Positions 26,320 through 36,012 of a DNA stretch of 64,000 bases are shown piece by piece. This DNA is from Escherichia phage PHB12. The DNA is taken from sequence record MK524178.1. One strand, 5' to 3'. The translations under genes were made by a program, and so were the position numbers. Positions within the stretch are counted from its first letter, which is position 1; each line of letters opens with the position of its first letter. The notes under the pieces are model-generated. The model had not been told where the DNA came from and did no database searches. It saw nothing but the letters and a program-made list of their open reading frames with translations.

Positions 26320-26675
26320 TTTCTACATTCCTTAATAAAGTTTTCTATTGTTTCATTTTCACGTCTAGCTAGGAGTTCATTATAACTAATCATTTGAGAA
26401 GCGTAAACTTTTTTATTTTTCTTGTTATGGTTTATAAAATCGTAGTAAAAATAGACTACAGTACAAAAGGATGCGATGGATGCAAAGGCTTGGGTATACC
26501 GTAAGTCCTGCCATTGGTCTGTGAATCCACCAGAGTTCCCTATAAATCCTAACACAACGCCGTCAATAAGAAATCCAACTAATCCAAAGGCAAATCCCAT
26601 GCCAATACTCATAATAAAAATTAGAATGTTCTCACCAAGAGAAGGCCATACGGTTAAGAGTTGAGGCTTTTGCAT
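26316..26675 (-). CDS. membrane protein with C-terminal ENFIKECR tail, 119 aa
   Basis: Hydrophobic segments ILIFIMSIGMGFAFGLVGFLIDGVVLGFI and FASIASFCTVVYFYY. Confidence 0.55.
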   Translation of the reverse strand: MQKPQLLTVWPSLGENILIFIMSIGMGFAFGLVGFLIDGVVLGFIGNSGGFTDQWQDLRYTQAFASIASFCTVVYFYYDFINHNKKNKKVYASQMISYNELLARRENETIENFIKECRK

Positions 26676-27079
26676 CTTATTTCCTTAACGAATTCCATAG
26701 CTTCTTCATATTCATACTTTTTAACAGCTTCATCATACTGAGCTTGGGCTTTTGCGCACTGAACTTTCCACTCACGAACTCGAGCTCTGTGATGACGGCC
26801 TTGGTGCCAATATCCTACCCAGTTAATAGGCATTAATAAAAATGGTACAATAAGTGGTGCGACGAACATTAATGAAAATGCTGCATCAGACGATATAACT
26901 TCACTAGAATCTAAAACAGCTCCTATAATCATAAAGATTAAAAATGCTAAAGCTAAAATAGGGCCAAATAGTACTTCGTTTGGGATTAATTTACGTTTGT
27001 ATTCATACGCCCAAGGCTTAATTGGCATGTATAGGGTTGGCTTTGACATATTCTCTACATTCCATAATAAATTGCTCAA
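26654..27079 (-). CDS. membrane protein with C-terminal EFVKEIR tail, 141 aa
   Basis: Two TM segments; likely start at the internal ATG (MSKPTLY). Confidence 0.55.
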   Translation of the reverse strand: MSNLLWNVENMSKPTLYMPIKPWAYEYKRKLIPNEVLFGPILALAFLIFMIIGAVLDSSEVISSDAAFSLMFVAPLIVPFLLMPINWVGYWHQGRHHRARVREWKVQCAKAQAQYDEAVKKYEYEEAMEFVKEIRCKSLNS

Positions 27080-27635
27080 GGATTAAATTGTTAGTGAAAT
27101 TAGGACTAACAACCATAGTTTCATAAAGCGCATCAATAGCACTTAAAGCATCAACTCTTTTAAGCAAAGGCTTGCCTTCATACATAGTTTCAGAATCGAC
27201 GATTAACGTAAAGTAGTATTTTTTATTATCGACTAGAACTTCTGTATCGATATAAAACATATTAGACCTCAGAAGCTTATCTCTAAAACCATAATAATCT
27301 TCAGAGCGTTCGCTGATATATTCCAATTCAGTGTTTAAACAACAAACAGACCACGTAGGAGCAACGAAATCAGTGAATCTAATATCATGGTCTGCAACTA
27401 GTTTAGCAATAGCTCCGATATCATTAATCATGATACCTGGGGCTAATAAAGATTTTCGGTTATTTGCATATTCAGTTGTCTCATAAGAAGCTGACCAGTA
27501 CCATTTACGTCCGGTTGCAACATATCGTAATGAATCGACTAAAGACGTAGGTGGATTTACCTTATCTCGGAACTCTTCGAACATTGAGTCAATATCATTA
27601 TTTTGGTTTCGCATGTTAACTCCTTTATTATCCAA
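27018..27635 (-). CDS. soluble protein carrying an EQFIMECR motif near its C-terminus, 205 aa
   Basis: ORF track; probable start at the internal ATG (MRNQNN). Confidence 0.5.
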   Translation of the reverse strand: MDNKGVNMRNQNNDIDSMFEEFRDKVNPPTSLVDSLRYVATGRKWYWSASYETTEYANNRKSLLAPGIMINDIGAIAKLVADHDIRFTDFVAPTWSVCCLNTELEYISERSEDYYGFRDKLLRSNMFYIDTEVLVDNKKYYFTLIVDSETMYEGKPLLKRVDALSAIDALYETMVVSPNFTNNLILEQFIMECREYVKANPIHAN

Positions 27636-27663
27636 AAGGAGGACCGGAGTCCTCCGTATTATT

Positions 27664-28272
27664 TTATTTCAAAGAGTTAATATATTCTTGTACATCAGCA
27701 GAAGTGGTTTCGACACCGGCTGGAGTGCCGTTGAACGTTTCAACACGAGTCAGAGTGTCTTCGATATCAACCTTAGTCAGTGCAGCAATTTCAATCACAT
27801 CATCAGCCGTAGAGATACCAAGAGCATTGGCTGCTCGAGTTTCACGAATGTATTCGAGTTTGATTGCCAGATTCTGACGAGCGTCATCAAGTTCAACCAC
27901 CTTACGAGCAATTTCAATTCGCATAGCGGCGTACCCGTCAGCTTTTGTATTAAGTTGTTCGGCAGTTCGACGATACAGAAGACCAAGCTTAGCATGCATG
28001 GTAACATCTTGTCCTTCAGCCAAGAGCTTACGAATTTCACGTTCCTTAGAAGCGGCTTGCTTGTTCTTTTCATTAACAAGTTCGCGAATACGTTTTTCTT
28101 CATTAATAGATTTAATAGAAGCCGTTTTTAGTTCTTTGATTTGGGTAATCAACTTATCTGCAGCTGCGTTATACTGTTCTTCGACAGTCAGATTTTTAGC
28201 CATAGCAGTACCCAGTTTAGTGCGGATGAATTCAACAAGTTTCTTCAGTGTGTTCATATTATTACCTTTCAA
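27664..28272 (-). CDS. coiled-coil protein, possibly PspA/IM30-like, 202 aa
   Basis: Heptad-rich and charged throughout, with the length and composition of PspA-family proteins; no motif-level proof. Confidence 0.45.
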   Translation of the reverse strand: MKGNNMNTLKKLVEFIRTKLGTAMAKNLTVEEQYNAAADKLITQIKELKTASIKSINEEKRIRELVNEKNKQAASKEREIRKLLAEGQDVTMHAKLGLLYRRTAEQLNTKADGYAAMRIEIARKVVELDDARQNLAIKLEYIRETRAANALGISTADDVIEIAALTKVDIEDTLTRVETFNGTPAGVETTSADVQEYINSLK

Positions 28273-28327
28273 TTGGTGGTTTATTATCCAATGAGAGCAT
28301 TATACTCTGCTCTCAAGAGTTTGTAAA

Positions 28328-28555
28328 TTATTTTTTAATCAAATTGACATAAAATTCTGCATCTTCAGGGTGCATGCCTTCGCAGTATTCTTCAACCATG
28401 AACTTCTTAACAGCTTCATAAGGGCCACTCAGATTAAGCTTGGTTGTCCAGAACTTGGAATCTTGGGCTGAATCGATACGAACTTCAGGGTGACGGTTGC
28501 GAATAACTTCTTCAGTGTATTCATAATCAACGACATCAATACTAACTGTAGCCAT
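28328..28555 (-). CDS. small acidic protein, 75 aa
   Basis: ORF track. Confidence 0.5.
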   Translation of the reverse strand: MATVSIDVVDYEYTEEVIRNRHPEVRIDSAQDSKFWTTKLNLSGPYEAVKKFMVEEYCEGMHPEDAEFYVNLIKK

Positions 28556-28601
28556 TTTGTTTTCCTCTTGATTTGATGTGATTACTATAACATAAACTTA
28601 C

Positions 28602-28766
28602 TTAGATGTAAATTATTTCAACGTCACCTTTAGCTGCTTTATAACCTTCAGCCCAAGATACAACAGAGTTTTTATCCGAGGATTCAAATTCAGGCATTGG
28701 ACTTTCACCGATATTCACACAGTATGTTTCTTCATTTTCATCGAACCAAATAATTAAAGTAGTCAT
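28602..28766 (-). CDS. small ORF, 54 aa, below the ORF-track cutoff
   Basis: Manual translation MTTLIIWFDENEETYCVNIGESPMPEFESSDKNSVVSWAEGYKAAKGDVEIIYI; SD GAGGAG and a promoter cassette upstream. Confidence 0.45.
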   Translation of the reverse strand: MTTLIIWFDENEETYCVNIGESPMPEFESSDKNSVVSWAEGYKAAKGDVEIIYI

Positions 28767-28937
28767 TTTGTTTACTCCTCTGTAGTTGATAAGTCTATAG
28801 TATCATGTCCTTAGAAGAAGTAAACATCTTTATGAAATATTTTTATGCCCTAGATACCAAAAGGCCCCAACCATAAGGAAGGGGCTAAGCCTTGCGGCAA
28901 CCTTGTCGGGGTTCCACCTGCTAAGGCAAGTGTTTGT

Positions 28938-29095
28938 ACGAAACGCCGGGATTCGAACCCGGTTATTAAGCAGTTGACGCTACTCAATATTTTTAAAAGG
29001 CCATATCTCGACCATATCCGAACGTTCCGTCAAAAACGCTACTCGGCTTATAGCAAAGATATTTCCTCGAATCGATAATTCGGTGCGCCGTTTCT
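28938..29095 (-). ncRNA. candidate stable RNA with a tRNA-like T-arm and acceptor 3' end (possibly related to T4 species 1/2 RNAs)
   Basis: Minus-sense CCGGGTTCGAATCCCGG followed by CGTTTCG, with complementary GAAACG about 150 nt upstream; too long for a tRNA; no long ORF. Confidence 0.3.
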
Positions 29096-29197
29096 GCTGT
29101 GATGTAAGGGGATATTAACGAATCATAAAGATTTATTAAGACCAGTCCTTACACAGGGAACATCAGTCCGACGACTTGCCGGTAGCGACCCGGCTTC

Positions 29198-29542
29198 TTA
29201 TTTTGGCATATTATCAATTTGCTCTCGACGCCGACGCCATAGATTAATCGCTTCATTAACACATTCGGCGTTTAGTATATGACGGCAATAATATAATGAT
29301 TCGCGTTTCTGAAACCGATGTTGCAATGGGATTTCGTTTAAAAGGTCTTTGCGATCAAAGTATTCAAAACTAGTTAACCCGGAACGGTTTTTAATGAACT
29401 TCCAATGACCAAATTCATTTTGGAAATAAACGTAATCAGCGTGTTGATATAACGAATTAATCAACCGGTCGGAAATAACTGTATCCTGTTCGTTAAAATA
29501 AAACGTTAAATCATGAACTACCAGATAAACATTGCCTTTCAT
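29198..29542 (-). CDS. hypothetical protein (about 114 aa from the internal ATG) between the tRNAs and the RNA region
   Basis: ORF track frame; the alternative-start extension would overlap tRNA-Arg, so the internal ATG (MKGNVYLVVHD) is preferred. Confidence 0.45.
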   Translation of the reverse strand: MKGNVYLVVHDLTFYFNEQDTVISDRLINSLYQHADYVYFQNEFGHWKFIKNRSGLTSFEYFDRKDLLNEIPLQHRFQKRESLYYCRHILNAECVNEAINLWRRRREQIDNMPK

Positions 29543-29560
29543 ATTTTCCTCACTTAAAAT

Positions 29561-29637
<77 letters not shown>

Positions 29638-29643
29638 AATATA

Positions 29644-29717
29644 TGACCCAGACCAGATTCGAACTGGTAACCTTTCCCTTATGAGGGGACTGCTGCTAAC
29701 CGTTGAGCTACAGGGCC
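29644..29717 (-). tRNA. tRNA with anticodon CAT (Ile-lysidine or Met type)
   Basis: T-arm ACCAG-TTCGAAT-CTGGT and anticodon loop CTCATAA; acceptor and D stems each carry one mismatch in my hand fold. Confidence 0.5.
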
Positions 29718-29796
29718 TAAATAACTTTCTATTATGAAAGGCACTTTAGAGCACCTTTGGTAATAGAGGGTATGAATTAATAATAACACATAATTC

Positions 29797-30312
29797 TTAA
29801 AGCAAATCAACCATTTTAACGGTTGGCAAAACAATTTCTTTTTCAATATAAGCAAATTCGACACGTTCAACTACACGCAAGAAATCGTAATCATAGTATT
29901 CAGAAGCATAGCCAAGAATATCAATAAGTCCTTGAGATATCTCATCGCCTTTCACAAAGAACAGGTCGAATACGCGGGCTTCGTCTTCTTCAGATTTATC
30001 ACCAAGGTCGACTTCAATATCAAAGACCTTTTTAATAAATTCCGGTTGGAGTTGGTCTGAGAACAGTCCTTCAACCAGATATTCGTAGATAATAAGCGAG
30101 CAACGTCCGAATGGTGTATTACCGCAATAACGTTCGGCTTTAGTGCTAGAATGACGGCTCTTAAATTTCTTAAAGAGATATTTAAACTGTTGGAGCTCAT
30201 GCTCTTCCACTTCAAACAATGTTTTGGTTTTATAGTTGTCACCATCACTTTCATATGTAGTGACATCAATTACGTAGCCCTTAGGAATTGTACTGCCTAA
30301 ACGAATATTCAT
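29797..30312 (-). CDS. hypothetical protein, 171 aa
   Basis: ORF track. Confidence 0.55.
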   Translation of the reverse strand: MNIRLGSTIPKGYVIDVTTYESDGDNYKTKTLFEVEEHELQQFKYLFKKFKSRHSSTKAERYCGNTPFGRCSLIIYEYLVEGLFSDQLQPEFIKKVFDIEVDLGDKSEEDEARVFDLFFVKGDEISQGLIDILGYASEYYDYDFLRVVERVEFAYIEKEIVLPTVKMVDLL

Positions 30313-30316
30313 TTAA

Positions 30317-30607
30317 TCACCATACCATATTAATGTAAGTATACTCAATACATTCAAGATTTAAAGGATTCTTGAAAATATCATATTCAAGAGGGCCTTT
30401 TTCTGTTTCAATAAAGAAATCAAAGTTAACTGTGTTAAATTTATCGTCTTCGCAGAGTAATTTAACCTGTGAAGACGAACGGTCGATATAAACCTTTTCA
30501 ACCTCAAAGTTAGTCAGAATACCGTAGTCATCGACTAGTGCTTTAGCTGCACGTTGGTCGCTTTCATATCCATTCTCAACGGATTTTACCTTAGCATAAA
30601 GAATCAT
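30317..30607 (-). CDS. hypothetical protein, 96 aa
   Basis: ORF track. Confidence 0.5.
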   Translation of the reverse strand: MILYAKVKSVENGYESDQRAAKALVDDYGILTNFEVEKVYIDRSSSQVKLLCEDDKFNTVNFDFFIETEKGPLEYDIFKNPLNLECIEYTYINMVW

Positions 30608-30984
30608 GAATGTTCCACCACTTCAAAGGTATGAGCATCAACAATATGGTACCAGTCAAAATTTTCTTCTGCGTTTTTATAAATTTCGCGAAGAGCTTCA
30701 ACAGTTTTTCCTGTAGCAACAAGATCATCAATACCACCAAGAGGATAACAGTCATAACCAGCAAACAGAAGGAAATTAATAGTTTCTGTAGGTTCTGGAT
30801 GCAGAACACCGTTATCATCTACCACTTCAAAGAAAGTGTAAGAAGGAGTACAAGTTTTAATCCAAGCCCATGCTTGAGCCGCTGAATCAAATGGTCTGCG
30901 TATCAAACGACAATCCGGGTCTTTAGAAGGATTTGCTTCAAAATCCGCATATACGTGATATTTCATTTTACTCACCTTTTGCAA
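30604..30984 (-). CDS. hypothetical protein, 126 aa
   Basis: ORF track; likely start MKYHVYADF. Confidence 0.5.
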   Translation of the reverse strand: MQKVSKMKYHVYADFEANPSKDPDCRLIRRPFDSAAQAWAWIKTCTPSYTFFEVVDDNGVLHPEPTETINFLLFAGYDCYPLGGIDDLVATGKTVEALREIYKNAEENFDWYHIVDAHTFEVVEHS

Positions 30985-31165
30985 TTTTATCCATAACGAT
31001 AGCGATTAAGCCGATTAGAAATGCTACTACCAATGAGATAGAGTTTTCGGTTGTTGTCAGTAGTCCACAAATGAATCCTACAAACATCGAAAAACTAAAA
31101 GCCATTGAAGCAATTACTACAGCAACATTACGAATCAGTTCAGCGCGTTTCATTTTATTCTCCAT
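30968..31165 (-). CDS. small two-TM membrane protein, 65 aa
   Basis: Hydrophobic segments VAVVIASMAFSFSMFVGFICGLL and LVVAFLIGLIAIVM. Confidence 0.5.
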   Translation of the reverse strand: MENKMKRAELIRNVAVVIASMAFSFSMFVGFICGLLTTTENSISLVVAFLIGLIAIVMDKIAKGE

Positions 31166-31180
31166 TTACTCATTTGTTTT

Positions 31181-31219
31181 GATAGGACTACTATAACATA
31201 GTCCTATAGGCTTGTATAC
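31181..31219 (-). promoter_or_regulatory. early promoter with palindrome (PeSL-type cassette, copy A)
   Basis: TTGATAGGACTACTATAACATAGTCCTAT element with a GTATAC -35-like hexamer. Confidence 0.55.
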
Positions 31220-31221
31220 CT

Positions 31222-31485
31222 TTATTTCAAATATATTGCGTATTTTTTATAGCCACCAGGCTCGTGTCGAAGACCTTTATCATTCGCAAAACGTTGAATG
31301 TTATTGAACTGGTTTTCATCAAGTTCGGATGTGTCAAATACGAAAAAGTTTCGTTTGTTACCAAGCGTGATATGCGGAGTTAAGTCAATGTTATACAAAT
31401 TAAGAATATCAGCAATAACCTGATTAACCGCTTTGTTAATTTTCACACCAGATGATTCTGAGATGAATTCGTTGAAAGTTTTCAT
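31222..31485 (-). CDS. internal-protein-like protein (about 87 aa)
   Basis: From the internal ATG begins MKTFNEFISES. Confidence 0.6.
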   Translation of the reverse strand: MKTFNEFISESSGVKINKAVNQVIADILNLYNIDLTPHITLGNKRNFFVFDTSELDENQFNNIQRFANDKGLRHEPGGYKKYAIYLK

Positions 31486-31506
31486 TTTAGGTTCCATTTG
31501 GTTGTT

Positions 31507-31547
31507 TTGATAGGACTACTATAACATAGTCCTATCATGTTGTAAAT
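31507..31547 (-). promoter_or_regulatory. early promoter with palindrome (PeSL-type cassette, copy B)
   Basis: Same TTGATAGGACTACTATAACATAGTCCTAT element as at 31178; -35-like GTAAAT on plus. Confidence 0.55.
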
Positions 31548-31858
31548 TATTTTATGCCTTTAGAAGAAATGGTATTTTGGCGTTTGACCCCTGTTTGTGA
31601 AAAATCGTGGTTATCGATTTGGTCAACTCGCATAACACCAAATGCGGATTTAATTTTGGCTTTTGAACCTTTTTTGATACTAATTACCATATAAGTATCA
31701 TTTTTCTTATATTCGAAATTTGTTACTTCAACGCCTTGATTAGAAATTGACTTAATAATAGCATTAGCGTATTCATCATCTAACGGACCGTTAGTGTTAA
31801 TAATAAAATTTTTATCCGCTTTAGTAGCTTCCGCGATGAATTCTTGATAGGTTTTCAT
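31547..31858 (-). CDS. internal protein (IPI position), 103 aa
   Basis: Begins MKTYQEFIAEA; lies immediately before 57B as ipI does in T4. Confidence 0.65.
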   Translation of the reverse strand: MKTYQEFIAEATKADKNFIINTNGPLDDEYANAIIKSISNQGVEVTNFEYKKNDTYMVISIKKGSKAKIKSAFGVMRVDQIDNHDFSQTGVKRQNTISSKGIK

Positions 31859-31884
31859 TTTATTTCCTTGAGGTTGTTTATTTG

Positions 31885-31922
31885 ATAGGATGATAGTAAC
31901 ACACCATCATCCTTATGTAAAC
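31885..31922 (-). promoter_or_regulatory. early promoter with palindrome upstream of 57B
   Basis: Minus-sense GTTTAC, 17-nt spacer, TACTAT; inverted repeat AGGATGAT/ATCATCCT. Confidence 0.55.
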
Positions 31923-31935
31923 TGTTTTGTGAAAA

Positions 31936-32621
<686 letters not shown>

Positions 32622-32625
32622 TTTA

Positions 32626-33360
32626 TCACCTTAAGATTTTTTCAATTTTAGAATAAAGCTCTTCTAACGAGCCGTCGTTTGTAATAACTAAGTCGCCTTC
32701 TTCAATAGGCAACCCAGCTTCTGTAATATGTTTATCAGTGGATTCCGTACCAGAACGAACCACATGAATAACTGTAGCACCCATCGCTCTAGCGGTTTCC
32801 ATTTCATGGACTTGGCGTGTATCGGTCACAACGTAGTAATCGAAATCACTTCCAATATAATCCATATAGTTTAATGCAAAAAGCTTAACCCAATACATAC
32901 GGTCAAATAAATTAACGACAACATCCGTACCGAGGGCTTGCATAAGACGGCGGATTGACCATGTGTCGTTGATATTATTTATAGCTTCACGCAGGGCTTC
33001 ATATGGTTTAATATCTAGATACGAATATCCACCTTCTAACGATGATAACACTTTAACATTATTAATCGGTAAATATTGACTTTGCAAATAAATTAGCGCT
33101 TCTTCCATTAATTCAATAACATCCAATTTATTGAGATTTAATGGTGTTTCACGGTCGTATCCAATGCCTTCAAAGTATTCATATTTCAACTTGGTGAATA
33201 CATCCGGGTTTTCGGCGTGTTTACGCTCCCAAGCTATTGCTAGAGCGTCTTTAATTGGATATGCTAATTGATATTTTATGGATTTAAAGTTTGAATTGAT
33301 GTAATCAGCAGTAGTGTCTTTACCACTACGTTTGATGCCGCTTAAAAAGATTAGCTCCAT
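32626..33360 (-). CDS. 1: deoxynucleoside monophosphate kinase
   Basis: 244 aa; P-loop LSGIKRSGKDT. Confidence 0.88.
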   Translation of the reverse strand: MELIFLSGIKRSGKDTTADYINSNFKSIKYQLAYPIKDALAIAWERKHAENPDVFTKLKYEYFEGIGYDRETPLNLNKLDVIELMEEALIYLQSQYLPINNVKVLSSLEGGYSYLDIKPYEALREAINNINDTWSIRRLMQALGTDVVVNLFDRMYWVKLFALNYMDYIGSDFDYYVVTDTRQVHEMETARAMGATVIHVVRSGTESTDKHITEAGLPIEEGDLVITNDGSLEELYSKIEKILR

Positions 33361-33414
33361 AGGTTTTTCCTCATATAATTTATGAACGATTATAACATAT
33401 GGAGCTAGAAGCGA

Positions 33415-34005
33415 TTAGCGCAAGGAAGGGTGTCTAGAAATGGATTTAGATTCGGCAGCCTGACGTGGTTGTTGAGATACAATGACTTCGCCATCCTTTT
33501 CTATCGTCATATACGCGTAATGAATAGTTGCTACGCAAGTAACGGCAGGGTCAGAGTCTTCAGTGTAACTAAATTCAATTTCGCTCAAATCGGAAATCCA
33601 TGGTTTATAGAAATTTGCCGTCAAAACCACTTCAGTCTTATTGTTGTTTAAAATGTGCAAAGTAACAAACTCAGGACCATCGGAGTGGGCCGTATTATGT
33701 CCGGTTATATAGTTATTAGTGCTGAGCATCCATTTATACATGTTCATCCAGGACGTCATGTCTTCATCAACTATAAATCGTACAATAAAGGGGTCATATT
33801 CAAATGTAGTGCCTGCACGCATTGCACGCCCTAACCCCATTGTGCCTGTCACAGTTTCAACAACAGGAATTCTCACACCTGGCAACGGCGCTGTTTGGGC
33901 ATTGAGCACAAAACCTGAAGTTCGTGTACTATCCGGGATATCCACAACAAAGTTTGTTATATTTGTTTGATTAAAAATCTGTCTCGCTGGACGAGTCATA
34001 AGCAC
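33415..34005 (-). CDS. 3: tail completion / sheath stabiliser
   Basis: Position between gene 1 and gene 2 and size match T4 gp3; no distinctive motif. Confidence 0.6.
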   Translation of the reverse strand: MLMTRPARQIFNQTNITNFVVDIPDSTRTSGFVLNAQTAPLPGVRIPVVETVTGTMGLGRAMRAGTTFEYDPFIVRFIVDEDMTSWMNMYKWMLSTNNYITGHNTAHSDGPEFVTLHILNNNKTEVVLTANFYKPWISDLSEIEFSYTEDSDPAVTCVATIHYAYMTIEKDGEVIVSQQPRQAAESKSISRHPSLR

Positions 34006-34101
34006 CTCAAAAACGCTTTAATAAAAATGCAGTATAATGGTTTTAGGTCTCTTCCATTAATCCGGTTCAACAGAATATCAGAAGAACGGAAGAGAATAGA
34101 A

Positions 34102-34923
34102 TTAAGATTTCCAAACAGTATTCGCAGAGAAACGTTTTCCTTTTGACATAAATTGCTGAGTAGGTAACATGATTATGTTAGCCCAGTCTTTAGGAGCTAT
34201 TTCTGTTATTGTTCCTATAATGTGGCCTGGCAGGTATGCTTTAATCATTTTGTCAGCACCTTGAAATCCTTTCACCTTGCTCCAGTCTATCTTCAACTTT
34301 GTGTTATTAGTAATAGTAGTTGTGCTAGCATATTGCTTCAGCAATTCTTCAAGAAACTGTTGACGTGCTTTAGGTGGGATATAGTGCAAGTTTAGCCCAT
34401 ACATCAAATTATGTTTACCTAATCCCAAATAAATAATCAAAGGATATCGGTCCCAATACGGCAGAGTATCTTTATGTTTAGCATCATACACGTAAGTATA
34501 AATTTTGCCTGGCGTAGGCTTGACTACTTTATGACCTTTTACACTTTTCTTAATTGTTTCAACAAACCACTTAGATGATTTGTTGTTTACTGCTGCGCCT
34601 TCATTTCTAATCTTTTCTCGTATTGAACTGCGAAACGAGTTTATCATCAGAAGTTGACGTTCTTGCTTATTGAGTTTATTTTTAGGTTTAGATTCAAGCG
34701 TTTCAATTTTCTGTGCAGTCTTAATAGATGATGCATATCTAGACATTGCAGATGTAAACGACGAGTATTTTATTCCTTTTGATTCTGCAAATGCTTTTGC
34801 AGTGATTCCTTTCTCTTTAGCTTTCTTGTATTCTAATCCTATCTCAATCCATTTTCTTTCATTCATAGACTGAGCAATCTTAGGGGCTTGTACGCCTTCA
34901 GATATAATTTGGAATATGCTCAT
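34102..34923 (-). CDS. 2: DNA end protector protein
   Basis: 273 aa; position and length match T4 gp2. Confidence 0.8.
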   Translation of the reverse strand: MSIFQIISEGVQAPKIAQSMNERKWIEIGLEYKKAKEKGITAKAFAESKGIKYSSFTSAMSRYASSIKTAQKIETLESKPKNKLNKQERQLLMINSFRSSIREKIRNEGAAVNNKSSKWFVETIKKSVKGHKVVKPTPGKIYTYVYDAKHKDTLPYWDRYPLIIYLGLGKHNLMYGLNLHYIPPKARQQFLEELLKQYASTTTITNNTKLKIDWSKVKGFQGADKMIKAYLPGHIIGTITEIAPKDWANIIMLPTQQFMSKGKRFSANTVWKS

Positions 34924-34925
34924 AA

Positions 34926-35519
34926 TTACCCCTTGTATCCGAGTTTTCTAAGACCATCTTCGGTTAGAACTCGAAATTTTATATTTCTCTTTTCAGCAAC
35001 AGCTGACGCCGCTTTCCATTTATCACAGTTCACAGACCAGGTATATATTTCATTCATATAACGTTTCTTTGCTGCAGTAGTAAGATTTGCAGGCTTAATA
35101 GGTGGTTGAGTTTCTTTCTTTGGTTTTATTTCTACAAAGAACTCTTGACCTGATGCATCTTTCATCCATATGTCCATATAGTATCGACGTTTCTTACCTT
35201 CAGCATTACAAAAATATGGAATTACTGCCGTTTCGCTGCCCCACGCAATAATTTCTGGATTTTTATCCAACCATTCGAAAAAGAATTTTTCCCAGTTTGA
35301 ACGATACGTTATTTTGGTATGGTCTCCACGGTATTTTTTTAAATTTTTTGGGACCCATTTACCAGAGTAGGCCATGTTGTCCTCCTTATAAATAGTATTA
35401 TTATTTATACCAATTTCATATTGGAAGGAGACTATCTTGTTATTTACATTCTTCGACCCAATAGGATATAGTGCTAAAACAGTTAATAAGAACGCACCTA
35501 CTATTCCTATGACAGACAT
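34926..35519 (-). CDS. 4: head completion protein
   Basis: C-terminal about 149 aa begin [11 protein letters not shown]... as in T4 gp4; the ORF-track N-terminal extension is probably untranslated. Confidence 0.8.
   Translation of the reverse strand: MSVIGIVGAFLLTVLALYPIGSKNVNNKIVSFQYEIGINNNTIYKEDNMAYSGKWVPKNLKKYRGDHTKITYRSNWEKFFFEWLDKNPEIIAWGSETAVIPYFCNAEGKKRRYYMDIWMKDASGQEFFVEIKPKKETQPPIKPANLTTAAKKRYMNEIYTWSVNCDKWKAASAVAEKRNIKFRVLTEDGLRKLGYKG
35388..35395 (+). promoter_or_regulatory. late promoter TATAAATA upstream of gene 53
   Basis: Exact T4 late-promoter consensus about 45 nt before the gene 53 start. Confidence 0.6.
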
Positions 35520-36012
35520 ATTTCGTAACTATAAAGAGTACTTTAAGCGTGTTGCTGCCAATTATAGATTACGTTCTTATTATATTAAAGGCTCTCCACG
35601 TCCTGAAGAACTAGCAAACATAATTTATGGCAACCCTCAATTATACTGGGTCCTTTTGATGTGTAATGACAACTATGATCCGTATTATGGTTGGATTACA
35701 TCTCAGGAAGCAGCGTATCAAGCTTCTATTCAGAAATATGCTAATGCTGGCGGCGACCAAATTCTTTATCATATTAACGAAAAACGCGAGAAATTTTATA
35801 ACTTAGTTTCATATCCAGATGAGCCATTAGTATGGTATGATAAAGGCGATAAAGCTCGTAAGTATCCACAATATAAAGGACCTTTAGCTGCAGTAGATAC
35901 TTATGAAGCGGCAGTATTAGATAATGAAAAACTTCGTAAAATAAAAATTGTTGCAAAAGAAGATATAAACTCGTTTATCACAGATTTGATTCGTGAGATG
36001 GAGATTGCATAA
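35437..36012 (+). CDS. 53: baseplate wedge protein
   Basis: 191 aa; [27 protein letters not shown]... closely matches T4 gp53 as recalled; TTG start. Confidence 0.88.
   Translation: MLFTFFDPIGYSAKTVNKNAPTIPMTDIFRNYKEYFKRVAANYRLRSYYIKGSPRPEELANIIYGNPQLYWVLLMCNDNYDPYYGWITSQEAAYQASIQKYANAGGDQILYHINEKREKFYNLVSYPDEPLVWYDKGDKARKYPQYKGPLAAVDTYEAAVLDNEKLRKIKIVAKEDINSFITDLIREMEIA

Noticed and set aside
22694-27635. Dismissing the shared ExFIxECR tail purely as an artifact of a conserved Shine-Dalgarno region.
   Set aside because: Not dismissed: synonymous codon differences between copies argue for peptide-level conservation, so it is reported as a finding with the artifact explanation as a stated alternative.
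28938-29095. Reading the 155-nt tRNA-like element as an intron-containing or long-variable-arm tRNA.
   Set aside because: Only the T-arm and acceptor pairing are tRNA-like; I could not fold a D-arm or anticodon arm and the insert is too short for a group I intron, so it is kept as a candidate ncRNA.
34926-35519. Apparent frameshift in a poly-T/poly-A run near 35330-35350 in the N-terminal extension of gene 4.
   Set aside because: My by-eye count of the homopolymer disagreed by one base with the continuous ORF in the provided track; I treat the track as authoritative and assume a counting error rather than a real frameshift.
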